64,000 bases of DNA. It comes from Patescibacteria group bacterium. Its GTDB lineage: Bacteria; Patescibacteriota; Minisyncoccia; Minisyncoccales; RBG-13-36-15. Positions 1 through 9,083 of the stretch are shown here, one piece after another. Position 1 is the stretch's first letter, and each line of letters starts with the position of its first letter. The DNA is taken from positions 8,474 through 72,473 of the forward strand of contig JAHCSE010000004.1 in the NCBI GenBank assembly GCA_018609195.1, given 5' to 3'. The position numbers were made by a program, and so were the translations under genes. Below the pieces are notes generated by a model. The model did not search any database. It was given only the letters and a program-made list of their open reading frames with translations, and had not been told where the DNA came from.

Positions 1-2
1 AT

Positions 3-290
3 TTTGTTCTCATCTTTAATCAACATCAAACTAATTCCGATTTCTTTACTTTTTTAGAAGAAATCACTCATCCGAATGTCGTATTCTCTCAATTTAATTT
101 AACTAAACCTTCCCTTTTGCTTTCAGGAACAGCGGAAAACTTTGTAGTTTTAGGTCAGCAACTTTTAATTTTTCAAAAAAATTCTAAAATCTCAAAGACT
201 AATTTATCTACAATTTCATTAGGAAAAGAGGGAGAAGTTGAATTTACCTTTACCCTCTCTCTTTCGCCAGAAATTTTTGAATTTAAATAA
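3..290 (+). CDS. 3' part of a PilN-like pilus assembly gene (start lies left of the window)
   Basis: Frame 3 is open from the window edge to TAA at 288-290 (FVLIFNQ...GTAENFVVLGQQLLIFQKNSKISKTNLSTISL...EFK*). It directly abuts the pilO-like gene. Assignment rests on position and general pattern, not on a diagnostic motif. Confidence 0.4.
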   Translation, partial: FVLIFNQHQTNSDFFTFLEEITHPNVVFSQFNLTKPSLLLSGTAENFVVLGQQLLIFQKNSKISKTNLSTISLGKEGEVEFTFTLSLSPEIFEFK

Positions 291-809
291 ATGTCTAGAA
301 CTTTAATCACTGCGATTTGCCTGGGTTTAACTCTTATTTTGGGAATATTTTTCCTTTGGCCAAAATACCAGAGTTTTAAAAACCTCCAACTCCAACTTAA
401 AAATAAAGAAATTGAGTTTAGATATCAAGATGAATATTATCAAGAATTATTTTCCCTTTCAGAGAAATTAAAAGAATTTGAAACAGAGCTTTCAAATATT
501 GATTCAGCTTTACCCTCTAACCTTTCTTTGCCTTCTTTGTATAATTTCCTTCAAAAAACATCTTCAGAAAATGGATTGATTTTAAACAGTATAGGTTCTT
601 TTTCCCTTTCTCGCCTGCCTGAAAGAACAAATATTCAGTTAATCTCAATACCTATTGAAGTTTCAGGATCTTACCCTTCCCTTAAAAATTTCTTGAAGGC
701 TTTGGAAAAATCGACAAGAATAATTGAAGTTGATGGTATTTCTTTCTCCTCTCCTGAAGAGAGGGAACTATTTGGATTCAAATTAGGAGTTAAAACCCAT
801 TCTTACTAA
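291..809 (+). CDS. PilO-like type IV pilus assembly protein
   Basis: 172 aa. N-terminal TM helix (ITAICLGLTLILGIFFLW), then a coiled-coil segment and an alpha/beta C-terminal domain. Sits upstream of pilB in a pilus locus. Confidence 0.55.
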   Translation: MSRTLITAICLGLTLILGIFFLWPKYQSFKNLQLQLKNKEIEFRYQDEYYQELFSLSEKLKEFETELSNIDSALPSNLSLPSLYNFLQKTSSENGLILNSIGSFSLSRLPERTNIQLISIPIEVSGSYPSLKNFLKALEKSTRIIEVDGISFSSPEERELFGFKLGVKTHSY

Positions 810-814
810 ATTCA

Positions 815-1078
815 ATGGCAATTTTTACTTTGGGAGGAGAAAAACAAAAATATTTAACTTGGATTTTTCTAATTTTAGTTCTACTTTTAATAGTTTGGTT
901 TGGCAGAGGTTTTTTCATAAAACCTTCCCCTCCTCCCCCTCCATTACCTCAACCAAAGAAAGTAGAAATAAATTTTGAAGCATTGAAAAATCCTCTATTG
1001 AAAGATCTTAATCCTTTTGAAGAAATCCCCATTTTTGAAGAAGAAATTGGCAGAGAAAATCCCTTTTTAACTTTTTAA
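815..1078 (+). CDS. small membrane protein with proline-rich linker (unknown function, pilus locus)
   Basis: 87 aa with one TM helix (LTWIFLILVLLLIVWF) followed by PSPPPPPLPQP. Tightly packed between the pilO-like gene and pilB. Confidence 0.45.
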   Translation: MAIFTLGGEKQKYLTWIFLILVLLLIVWFGRGFFIKPSPPPPPLPQPKKVEINFEALKNPLLKDLNPFEEIPIFEEEIGRENPFLTF

Positions 1079-1105
1079 AAATTAAAAATGTAAAAATTTA
1101 AAAAT

Positions 1106-2836
1106 ATGTCAAGCTTAGTTCAAACTTTACTTAAAAAAGGAATCTTAGATAAGGAAAAGGCAACCTCTCTAGAGTTTGAAGTTAAAAGTTCAGGGAAAAA
1201 AGAGGAAGAGGTAATTTTAGAGAAGGAAATAGTTAATGAAAAATTTTTGTTTAATTTAAAAAGTGAGAGTCTTAAGATTCCTTTAAAAGAAGTTGACATT
1301 GAAGGAATTCCCCTCACTGTTTTAGAGTTAATTCCTGAGGAATCAGCCAGATATTATAAAATAATTCCTTTGGCGAAAAAAGATAATGTTTTAGAAGTGG
1401 GAATGGTCTATCCTGAAGATTTGGTTGCCCAGGAGGCTTTAAAATTTTTAGCTAGGCAAAGCAAATTTCCCTATCAGGTTTCTCTCATTACCCCTAGTAC
1501 TTTTGATAAACTCTGGAGGAAATACCGAACTTTAAGGGGAGAGGTGACAAAAGCTCTGGAAGAATTGAGGGCTGAACTGGAAATAGAAAGGGTTGAAGCT
1601 AAACCAATGAAGTTAGCTGAGCTGGAAAGGGTAGTTGAGGAAGCCCCCGTTACCAAGATTGTGGCGGTAATAACAAGGCATGCCGTTGAAGGAAAGGCCT
1701 CTGATATTCATATTGAACCCTTAAGGGAAAAATCAAGAGTCAGATTCAGGGTGGATGGAATTTTGCATTCCAGCCTCTTTTTACCTCTGAGAATTCATCC
1801 AGCGGTTGTGGCTCGGGTGAAAATTCTTTCTGATATGAGATTGGATGAAACCAGGGTTCCTCAAGATGGCAGATTCTCAACGAAAATAGGAGGGAAAGAT
1901 ATTGATTTTCGAGTTTCAACCTATCCTACCACCTTAGGGGAAAAAGTAGCAATTAGAATTTTAGATCCCAGTGAAGGATTGAAAGATATTGAAGAATTGG
2001 GGCTGGTTGGTAGAAATTTGAGCGTAGTGAGAGAAGCTCTTAAAAAAGCCTATGGGTTAATTTTCGTTACCGGTCCAACCGGTTGTGGAAAGACTACTAC
2101 CCTATATGCGATGTTATCCCGATTAAACAAAGAGGAAGTGAATATTTTAACTATTGAAGATCCAGTGGAATATTTCTTAGAAGGGGTAAATCAATCTCAA
2201 ATTAGACCAGAGATTGGCTACGATTTCGCCTCAGGTATGCGTCACATGGTAAGGCAAGACCCAGATATTATTATGGTAGGAGAAGTTCGGGATCCAGACA
2301 CAGCAGCTTTGGCCATCCATGCTACCTTAACTGGGCATGTGGTATTATCTACCTTGCACACTACCAATGCCCTAGCAGTAATTCCCAGATTGATTGAAAT
2401 GGGTGTTGAACCTTATTTAGTTCCTCCTACTGTTAATATTGTAATAGCCCAGAGATTGCTCAGGCTTTTATGTCCTGAATGCAAAAAGAAGGTCAGGCCC
2501 AAAGAAGAAATTAAAGCTCTGATTTTAAAAGAAATAGATTTTTTACCCCAAGCTATTAAAAAAGATGTAAAACTTCCAAAACCCTTTGTCATTTACGAAG
2601 GGAAAGGTTGCAAAAAATGTAATCAGCAAGGTTTAATTGGGAGAACCGCTATTTTTGAAGTCTTGAAGATGACCGATGAATTAGCTGATATTGTTATGCG
2701 AGAACCCTCAGAAGCTAGGATTCGAGAAGAGGCTCATCGCCAGAGAATGATTACTATGAAACAAGATGGAATTTTAAAGGTTTTAGAAGGGATAATACCA
2801 ATTGAGGAAGTTTTAAGAGTAGCTGAGGAAAAGTAG
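1106..2836 (+). CDS. pilB: type IV pilus assembly ATPase PilB (GspE family)
   Basis: 576 aa. Walker A GPTGCGKTT, Asp box DPDIIMVGEVRD, His box LTGHVVLSTLHT, tetracysteine CPEC...CKKC. Confidence 0.9.
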   Translation: MSSLVQTLLKKGILDKEKATSLEFEVKSSGKKEEEVILEKEIVNEKFLFNLKSESLKIPLKEVDIEGIPLTVLELIPEESARYYKIIPLAKKDNVLEVGMVYPEDLVAQEALKFLARQSKFPYQVSLITPSTFDKLWRKYRTLRGEVTKALEELRAELEIERVEAKPMKLAELERVVEEAPVTKIVAVITRHAVEGKASDIHIEPLREKSRVRFRVDGILHSSLFLPLRIHPAVVARVKILSDMRLDETRVPQDGRFSTKIGGKDIDFRVSTYPTTLGEKVAIRILDPSEGLKDIEELGLVGRNLSVVREALKKAYGLIFVTGPTGCGKTTTLYAMLSRLNKEEVNILTIEDPVEYFLEGVNQSQIRPEIGYDFASGMRHMVRQDPDIIMVGEVRDPDTAALAIHATLTGHVVLSTLHTTNALAVIPRLIEMGVEPYLVPPTVNIVIAQRLLRLLCPECKKKVRPKEEIKALILKEIDFLPQAIKKDVKLPKPFVIYEGKGCKKCNQQGLIGRTAIFEVLKMTDELADIVMREPSEARIREEAHRQRMITMKQDGILKVLEGIIPIEEVLRVAEEK

Positions 2837-2932
2837 TAGCTTGGGACTGGTAGCTGGTAGTTAGGGAATAGTTTTAATCTACAAGAAATCAATACCAAAA
2901 CTACTAGCTATCAACTACTAACTATAAAATTT

Positions 2933-3298
2933 ATGAAAACTATTTTATTAGTTGAAGATGATCCTTTCCTGACCGATCTTTATACTACCAGGTTAAAGGC
3001 AGCTGATTTCGAAATAGAAGTTGCTCTTACTGGTAAAGAAGGATTGGAAAAATTGAAAGAGCGGAAACCCGACCTTTTAGTTTTAGATATCGTTTTACCG
3101 ACTATTGATGGTTGGGAAATCCTTCAAGAACTTAGGAAAGATGAAAGATTTAATGATTTGAAAATCGTTGTTCTTTCTAATCTTGATCAAAAAGAAGATA
3201 TTAAGAGAGCCTTTGATTTTGAGGTGATGAAATATTTAATTAAAGCCCACTATACTCCAACCGAAGTAGTAGAGGAGATAAAGAAAATCTTAAAATAA
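2933..3298 (+). CDS. single-domain response regulator (receiver only)
   Basis: 121 aa. LLVEDD acidic pocket, phospho-acceptor context LLVLDIVLP, conserved K in MKYLIKA. No output domain. Confidence 0.85.
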   Translation: MKTILLVEDDPFLTDLYTTRLKAADFEIEVALTGKEGLEKLKERKPDLLVLDIVLPTIDGWEILQELRKDERFNDLKIVVLSNLDQKEDIKRAFDFEVMKYLIKAHYTPTEVVEEIKKILK

Positions 3299-3301
3299 AA
3301 T

Positions 3302-4369
3302 ATGGATTATTCTTCCCAACTAAAAAAATTACTCTCGCTGACTATTCAAGCTGATGCGTCTGATTTGCATATCTCAGTTGGCCATCCGCCCGTCTTGCGA
3401 ATTACCGGGAGATTAGTTCCTCTTTTAAAAGAAAAGAAAATTGTAGGAGAAGATTCTCAGGGTTTAGCTTTTGCTTTAATGACAGAAGATCAAAAATCAC
3501 GATTTTTAAAAGAAAAAGAAATTGATTTTTCCTATAGTTTTGAAAATCGGGTCCGATTCCGAATAAATATTTTTCATCAAAGTTCAGAAATTTCTATTGC
3601 CTGTAGATTGATACCAGCGAAAATTAGAACTATTGATGAACTAAACCTTCCTCCAATTTTGCATAATTTTACTAGACCTTCTCAGGGATTTATATTAATA
3701 ACTGGTCCTTCCAGTCATGGGAAGTCCACCACTTTAGCTGCACTTATTGATGAAATAAATCATACCAGAACAGATCATATAATTACCATTGAAGATCCTA
3801 TTGAATATGTATTTAAAGATGATAGATCGATTGTTGACCAGAGAGAACTCTATCAAGATACCTTATCTTTTGCGAGAGCTTTGAGATCCACTTTCAGAGA
3901 AGATCCAGACGTAATAATGGTTGGGGAAATGAGAGATCCTGAGACGATGGCAATAGCCATTACCGCTGCTGAAACCGGCCACTTAGTTTTTGCCACTTTA
4001 CATACTAACTCAGCCGGTCAGACCATTCATCGAATTGTTGACTCCTTTGCTTCTGGGCAACAAAATCAAGTTAGAGCTCAGTTATCTGCTTCTTTATTAG
4101 GCGTGATTTCTCAGAGGTTAATCCCTAGAACGAAGGGAGGATTGATTCCAGCTTGCGAAATGCTGATTAATACTCCAGCTGTTGCCAATTTAATTCGGGA
4201 AAATAAAATTCATGAAATTCCTTTAGTGATTGAAACTTCATTAGAAATAGGAATGATTTCCCTTAATCGCTCACTTGCCAGTCTGGTTAAGGGAAAAGAA
4301 ATTTCTTTTGATAATGCCTTACGTTATTCTTTAAATCCAGCTGAATTAAGAACTCTGGTCAGGAAATAG
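3302..4369 (+). CDS. pilT: twitching-motility retraction ATPase PilT
   Basis: 355 aa. Walker A GPSSHGKST, DPDVIMVGEMRD, TGHLVFATLHT. Size and lack of an N-terminal GspE domain are typical of PilT. Confidence 0.9.
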   Translation: MDYSSQLKKLLSLTIQADASDLHISVGHPPVLRITGRLVPLLKEKKIVGEDSQGLAFALMTEDQKSRFLKEKEIDFSYSFENRVRFRINIFHQSSEISIACRLIPAKIRTIDELNLPPILHNFTRPSQGFILITGPSSHGKSTTLAALIDEINHTRTDHIITIEDPIEYVFKDDRSIVDQRELYQDTLSFARALRSTFREDPDVIMVGEMRDPETMAIAITAAETGHLVFATLHTNSAGQTIHRIVDSFASGQQNQVRAQLSASLLGVISQRLIPRTKGGLIPACEMLINTPAVANLIRENKIHEIPLVIETSLEIGMISLNRSLASLVKGKEISFDNALRYSLNPAELRTLVRK

Positions 4370-4370
4370 T

Positions 4371-5585
4371 ATGAAATTTAATTATCAAGCGAGAACCAAG
4401 ACCGGAGATATTCAATCAGGAGTGGTAGAAGCTTCCAGTCAGGAAGGGGCTTTGACTATTTTGCAAAGGTATGGTCTGTATGTCACAATTTTGGAAGAAA
4501 TTAAACCTTCTCCACTCTTTGTAAAAAGAATAAGAATATTTGAGAGAGTTTCGAGGAGAGATCGGGCGATGTTTGCCAGACAACTCTCCATTATGTTTAA
4601 ATCAAAGGTTTCTTTAGTGGAGGCTTTACGAGTTTTAGTTGCCCAGACTCCAAGCCCTTTTTTTCGAGAAAAAATTTTAAAAATTGCTGGTGAGGTAGAA
4701 GGAGGATCTCCTTTATCTAAGGCTTTATCTCGCTTCCCGAATATTTTTTCTGGCTTTTTTGTGGCTATGGTTAAATCAGGAGAAACGGCTGGAAAATTAT
4801 CTGAAGCCTTAGAATATTTAGCTGACCATTTGGAACGAGAGCATCACTTTTACTCTCGGGTCTGGGGAGCAATGCTCTATCCTGTTATGGTAATAGTGGT
4901 AATGCTTGGAGTAGTTTTGGTAATGATTCTTTTTGTCTTCCCGCAAATAGCTCAAATTGTCGAAGAAACTGGGGTGGAGCCTCCTCTCATTACCAAAATA
5001 ACCTTTGGAGTGATTAATTTTATAAGGAAATGGATAATAGCTATAGTTTTAGCTTTAATTACTGCTGTTTTATTTCTTTTTCAGTATCTAAAAACCAAGG
5101 AAGGAAAGGAAGTTCTTTCCAAATTTTCTTTGAAAACCCCTATAATTAAAAATCTTTTACAAATGATTTATCTTTCTCGTTTTGCTGAAAACCTCTCCAC
5201 TTTATTTGCAGGAGGAGTACCCATTGCCCAGGCCCTGGAGGTTTCTGGGGAAGTAGTAGGGAGCGAAGTTTACAAAAAAATTATTTTAGAAATGAGAGAT
5301 GAAGTAAGAAAAGGAGGAACCATAAGTTCTGTTTTGCAAAGATATCCTGAAGCTTTCCCTCCGGTCTTTACCCAAATGACCTTAGTTGGAGAAAGAACCG
5401 GAACTTTAGATCAGACCTTACTCCATTTGGTAAGTTTTTATCAAAAAGAAGTGGAGAGAAATTTAGAGAATATCTTGACTCTCTTGGTACCTTTCACCAT
5501 TGTTTTTTTAGGGATTATTGTCGGGGGCTTAGTAGGTTCAGTTATCCTTACTCTCTATCAAGTAGTGGGCGAATTGGGCGTTTAA
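4371..5585 (+). CDS. pilC: type IV pilus platform protein PilC (GspF family)
   Basis: 404 aa polytopic membrane protein with the duplicated GspF-type cytoplasmic domain. Follows pilT with a 1-nt gap. Confidence 0.88.
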   Translation: MKFNYQARTKTGDIQSGVVEASSQEGALTILQRYGLYVTILEEIKPSPLFVKRIRIFERVSRRDRAMFARQLSIMFKSKVSLVEALRVLVAQTPSPFFREKILKIAGEVEGGSPLSKALSRFPNIFSGFFVAMVKSGETAGKLSEALEYLADHLEREHHFYSRVWGAMLYPVMVIVVMLGVVLVMILFVFPQIAQIVEETGVEPPLITKITFGVINFIRKWIIAIVLALITAVLFLFQYLKTKEGKEVLSKFSLKTPIIKNLLQMIYLSRFAENLSTLFAGGVPIAQALEVSGEVVGSEVYKKIILEMRDEVRKGGTISSVLQRYPEAFPPVFTQMTLVGERTGTLDQTLLHLVSFYQKEVERNLENILTLLVPFTIVFLGIIVGGLVGSVILTLYQVVGELGV

Positions 5586-5623
5586 GTTTTCCACAGTTTA
5601 ATGTAATGGAAATATGCTATAAT
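5586..5623 (+). promoter_or_regulatory. pilin promoter region: conserved box GTTTTCCACAG plus GCTATAAT -10
   Basis: GTTTTCCACAG at 5586-5596 and TATAAT at 5618-5623. The same two blocks, with nearly identical spacing, recur at 59088-59124 upstream of the other major pilin. Confidence 0.45.
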
Positions 5624-5683
5624 AAATAAAATAGAAATAACAAAGGTCGAGCAAAGTAAATTTTAAGATTAAAAATTAACAAA

Positions 5684-6193
5684 ATGATTCAAATTTTTAG
5701 CAAAAAAAGAGGGGAAAAAGGTTTTACCTTGATTGAATTGTTAGTGGTTATTGCCATCATTGGAATTTTAGCTGGAATTGTCTTGGTGGCTTTGGGTGGA
5801 GCGAGAAGTCAGGCCAAAGACGCCCGAATTATTGCTGCGATGGCTCAAATGCGGACCCAAGCTGAGATTTTCCAAATTGACGTTGCTAGTTACGCTGGCT
5901 TTGTCTGTGGTGCAGTTGCTGGTAGTGCTAATCCGCCAGAGATGGAAGGCATCTGTGTAGATGTTAATCTCCAAAATGGTACTCTTGGTGGGCGACCGGT
6001 AGTGATGGAAGATGGCACTAGTTATTGTGCCTATGCCGTTTTGGCCACATCAGGTTCTCCTGCAGACAAATGGTATTGTGTAGATTCTACTGGAGTGGCA
6101 GGTACTACCGCAATTGATCCTGGAGCTACTGTCGTTGGTGCTAGTAATGACTGTACTGGCGCAATAGCAACTAACGATTTCGTATGTCCATAG
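5684..6193 (+). CDS. type IV (major) pilin
   Basis: 169 aa. Class III signal and N-methylation motif KGFTLIELLVVIAIIGILAGIVL. Cys pairs in the C-terminal globular part. Confidence 0.85.
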   Translation: MIQIFSKKRGEKGFTLIELLVVIAIIGILAGIVLVALGGARSQAKDARIIAAMAQMRTQAEIFQIDVASYAGFVCGAVAGSANPPEMEGICVDVNLQNGTLGGRPVVMEDGTSYCAYAVLATSGSPADKWYCVDSTGVAGTTAIDPGATVVGASNDCTGAIATNDFVCP

Positions 6194-6288
6194 AGAATGA
6201 GTGTTAAGTCTATTTTTGACTATTCTGGCTCGAGTAAAAAAGGAAGTTTCTCAAAAATAAAAATAGGCCGACATTTCTTTCCCGCAAC

Positions 6289-6319
6289 CAACCCGCCTCT
6301 CCGGCGGGTTGATTTTTTT
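6289..6319 (+). terminator. rho-independent terminator after pilin 1
   Basis: CAACCCGCC-tctcc-GGCGGGTTG followed by a T7 run. Confidence 0.8.
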
Positions 6320-6400
6320 ATATTCCTAATTTTTCATTTTTAGAGTATCATATAAAAAAAGAAGTTATTTAACTTTCGGAGATCCAATCTCGGAAAATTA

Positions 6401-7063
6401 ATGTTACAAATTTTCATTAAAAAGCGCCAAGGGTTTACTCTGATTGAAATTATGGTCGTCATTGCTGTCATTGCTATTTTAGCTGGCATTGTGTTGGTGG
6501 CTTTCGGTCCAGCCAGAAAGCAGGCCAAAGATTCCAGGATTGAGAGCGATATGAATCAGCTTCAGAATTTTGCTGAAAATCTTTATTTGGAGGAGGGAAA
6601 TTATGATAATGTAGATCCTGTTCTTTCTCCTGAAATTGCTGCTCTGGAAAGTGATATTATTGCCCAACAAGGAAGTTCGCCAGGGTTAATAATTGAAAAA
6701 CCCTCATCTCCACCTCCAGCTGATCAATATTGCGTCTATGCTTCTTTAAATAGCTTTAACAATTGTGTTGATCCGGGGCCTGCTTCTGAGTTTTTCTGTG
6801 TTGATTCTTGGGGTACAGCGAAAAAGGTGGGTACTCCCCCAGATGTCCACTGCTTTCCCAACTTTCTCTGTGTCGCCTATTTTGATTTTAATGGGGACGG
6901 AGCAATAACAATAGATGAAATAGAACAAGGCCTTGTTCTCACTCCTTCATGGAACTGTTGTGGTACGGGTGTTCCATGCGATCCTAAACTAGATCTTAAT
7001 AATGATGGATGCGTAAATCTAATAGATTTCCTTCAAGTTAAGGGTAAACTATGTACTACTTAG
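6401..7063 (+). CDS. type IV pilin with C-terminal dockerin-like (paired Ca-binding loop) module
   Basis: 220 aa. N-terminal QGFTLIEIMVVIAVIAILAGIVL. The C-terminus carries two DxNxDGxxxxxD loops (DFNGDGAITIDE, DLNNDGCVNLID). Confidence 0.8.
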   Translation: MLQIFIKKRQGFTLIEIMVVIAVIAILAGIVLVAFGPARKQAKDSRIESDMNQLQNFAENLYLEEGNYDNVDPVLSPEIAALESDIIAQQGSSPGLIIEKPSSPPPADQYCVYASLNSFNNCVDPGPASEFFCVDSWGTAKKVGTPPDVHCFPNFLCVAYFDFNGDGAITIDEIEQGLVLTPSWNCCGTGVPCDPKLDLNNDGCVNLIDFLQVKGKLCTT

Positions 7064-7145
7064 CTACAGCGATTATTGAAATCTTTAATTCGACACAGGG
7101 AAAGAAACCCTGTATTTTATTTTCTAAATTAAATATAATTAAAAA

Positions 7146-7940
7146 ATGATTCTATTTTATTTCATTGTTTTTCCTTTCGGCTTGGCAGTAGGTTCTTTTT
7201 TGAATTCAATAATTTATCGCATCCAGACTGGCGAGGGTTTTTTATTTCAAAGATCCTATTGCCCCCATTGTAAAAAAATTCTCAGCTGGCAAGATTTAAT
7301 TCCCCTTTTGAGTTTTTTATTTTTAAAAGGAAAATGCAGCTATTGCCAAGAGAAAATCTCCTATCAGTATCCGTTAGTAGAGCTATCTACAGGGTTTTTA
7401 TTTGTCTTCACGGTTTATAAATTTTCTCCTTTAACCTTGGGAGATTTTTTAGCTATTAGTTATTGGCTATTAGCTATTAGCTTCTTAATTGTAATTTTTG
7501 TTTTTGATCTAAAATATTACATCATTCCAGATAAAATAATTTATCCAGCTATTTTTGTATCTGGTATCTGGTATCTGGTATCTGGTATTTTTTTTAACAT
7601 CTATACAAAATACGAGATACTAAATACGATATACGCTGCTTTCGGAGCCTCCACCTTTTTCTTATTTATTGTCTTGATCTCCCACGGAAAGTGGATGGGC
7701 TGGGGCGATCCTAAATTAGCTTTTTTTATGGGCCTGCTTCTTGGATTTCCAAATATTTTAACTGCCCTCTTTTTAGCTTTCTTTATCGGAGCTATAATAG
7801 GAATAGGATTGATAATTTTTGGAAAGAAAACCTTAAAGTCAGAGATACCTTTTGGCCCCTTTTTAGTGACCGGAACCCTTCTTTCTTTATTTTTTGGCGA
7901 GGAAATTCTAAACTTGTATTTAAAATTTTTTACAATTTAA
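7146..7940 (+). CDS. pilD: prepilin peptidase PilD (A24 family)
   Basis: 264 aa polytopic protein. N-terminal Cys pairs CPHCKK / CSYCQE. Aspartyl motifs FDLKYYIIPD and GWGDPKL. Confidence 0.85.
   Translation: MILFYFIVFPFGLAVGSFLNSIIYRIQTGEGFLFQRSYCPHCKKILSWQDLIPLLSFLFLKGKCSYCQEKISYQYPLVELSTGFLFVFTVYKFSPLTLGDFLAISYWLLAISFLIVIFVFDLKYYIIPDKIIYPAIFVSGIWYLVSGIFFNIYTKYEILNTIYAAFGASTFFLFIVLISHGKWMGWGDPKLAFFMGLLLGFPNILTALFLAFFIGAIIGIGLIIFGKKTLKSEIPFGPFLVTGTLLSLFFGEEILNLYLKFFTI
7557..7588 (+). repeat. heptanucleotide tandem repeat (GTATCTG)x4 plus partial unit, inside pilD
   Basis: Read directly: gtatctg gtatctg gtatctg gtatctg gtat. The unit length is not a multiple of 3. Confidence 0.9.
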
Positions 7941-7943
7941 AAA

Positions 7944-8492
7944 ATGGAAAAACAATATTCTAAAAAATCATTTACTATTATTGAACTAATCGTCGTTATA
8001 AGTATTATCATTATTATCTCAGGAATAGTTTTGGTTAATTATGGGGCAGGCCAAAAGCAACTTAATCTTCAAAGGTCAACTTCCAAATTAGCTCAGGATA
8101 TCAGAAGAGTCCAAGAAATGACAATGTCAGCGAAAGAATGTACTCATCCTACGGTATGCCCCGCAGGAGGGGTTCCTCCGGGAGGATACGGTATTTATTT
8201 TAACAAAGACGTAAAAGACAGTTATATTATTTATGCTGACATTAGTTCTCCGAATGAACAGCGGAATCCGGGAGGAGAAGAGGATATCGAAACTATTTCT
8301 TTGGGAAAAGAGGTGGAAATTGACTCCGTTACTCCCCCTAAAGCGAGTATAAATTTTAAGCCTCCTGATCCAATAGTAAGACTAAAAAATGAAGCCGGTA
8401 TTAATCAATCAAATGTAACAATAATTTTAAGAGCTGATTCCAACACTAAAACCATTCAAGTCAATAAAGTTGGCCGAATTGATATAGACTAA
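7944..8492 (+). CDS. minor pilin / pseudopilin (FimT/GspH-like position)
   Basis: 182 aa. N-terminal KSFTIIELIVVISIIIIISGIVL prepilin-type motif. Confidence 0.7.
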   Translation: MEKQYSKKSFTIIELIVVISIIIIISGIVLVNYGAGQKQLNLQRSTSKLAQDIRRVQEMTMSAKECTHPTVCPAGGVPPGGYGIYFNKDVKDSYIIYADISSPNEQRNPGGEEDIETISLGKEVEIDSVTPPKASINFKPPDPIVRLKNEAGINQSNVTIILRADSNTKTIQVNKVGRIDID

Positions 8493-8561
8493 AAATCATC
8501 TGAACATATAAACATGTAAACATCTAAACATGTTAAAATGCTAAAATGTTTAAATGTTAAA

Positions 8562-9056
8562 ATGAACAAAAAGGGCTTCACCCTTTTAGAAGTTATTGTC
8601 GCTATTTTTTTAGTTACCGTGGGGATTTCCGGTGTTTTTCTTTTAATTACCAGAACGATCGGCATAATATCCCTTTCTTTTTCCCAGCTTACAGCTGCTT
8701 ACTTAACCCAGGAAGGGATTGAAATTGTCAGAAACGTCAGAGATACAAATTGGTTAGATCCTCTCAATCCTTCTTGGGATGATGGGTTATCGGCCGGAAA
8801 TTGGGAGGCTGATTATACCACTCCGACTTTAAATGATACTTATGATGGTGATTTGTTAAATATTGATGGAGATGGTTTTTATAGTTATTCTCCTGGCACT
8901 CCAACTAAATTTAAAAGAAGAATCACTATTGTACCAGAAGATATAGATTTAGATGGAATAAACGATATTTTAAAGGTTACTGTTTTAGTTGAATGGCAAG
9001 AAAAAGGGAAAATCCATTCCCATACTGCCCAGGAAAATTTGTATAACTGGAAATAA
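8562..9056 (+). CDS. minor pilin (PilV-like)
   Basis: ORF track starts at 8538, but MNKKGFTLLEVIVAIFLVTVGISGVF begins at ATG 8562. The upstream codons lie in a word-repeat spacer. Confidence 0.7.
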   Translation: MNKKGFTLLEVIVAIFLVTVGISGVFLLITRTIGIISLSFSQLTAAYLTQEGIEIVRNVRDTNWLDPLNPSWDDGLSAGNWEADYTTPTLNDTYDGDLLNIDGDGFYSYSPGTPTKFKRRITIVPEDIDLDGINDILKVTVLVEWQEKGKIHSHTAQENLYNWK

Positions 9057-9083
9057 AATAATATTTAATTGTTAATAGTATAA

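Noticed and set aside
2837-2932. GGTAG-rich words (ggtagctggtagttagg...) after pilB and again at 29929-29970 after rpoC, considered as another repeat family.
   Set aside because: There is only short-word similarity. The second site forms an 8-bp hairpin (GTAGTTTG/CAAACTAC), but no convincing alignment exists between the two sites.
5586-5623. Sigma-54 (-24/-12) promoter upstream of the pilin genes, as in Pseudomonas pilA.
   Set aside because: The GG-to-GC spacing in TGGAAATATGCT (locus 1) and AGGAGTTGCT (locus 2) does not fit the GG-N10-GC rule. Both have a good TATAAT instead.
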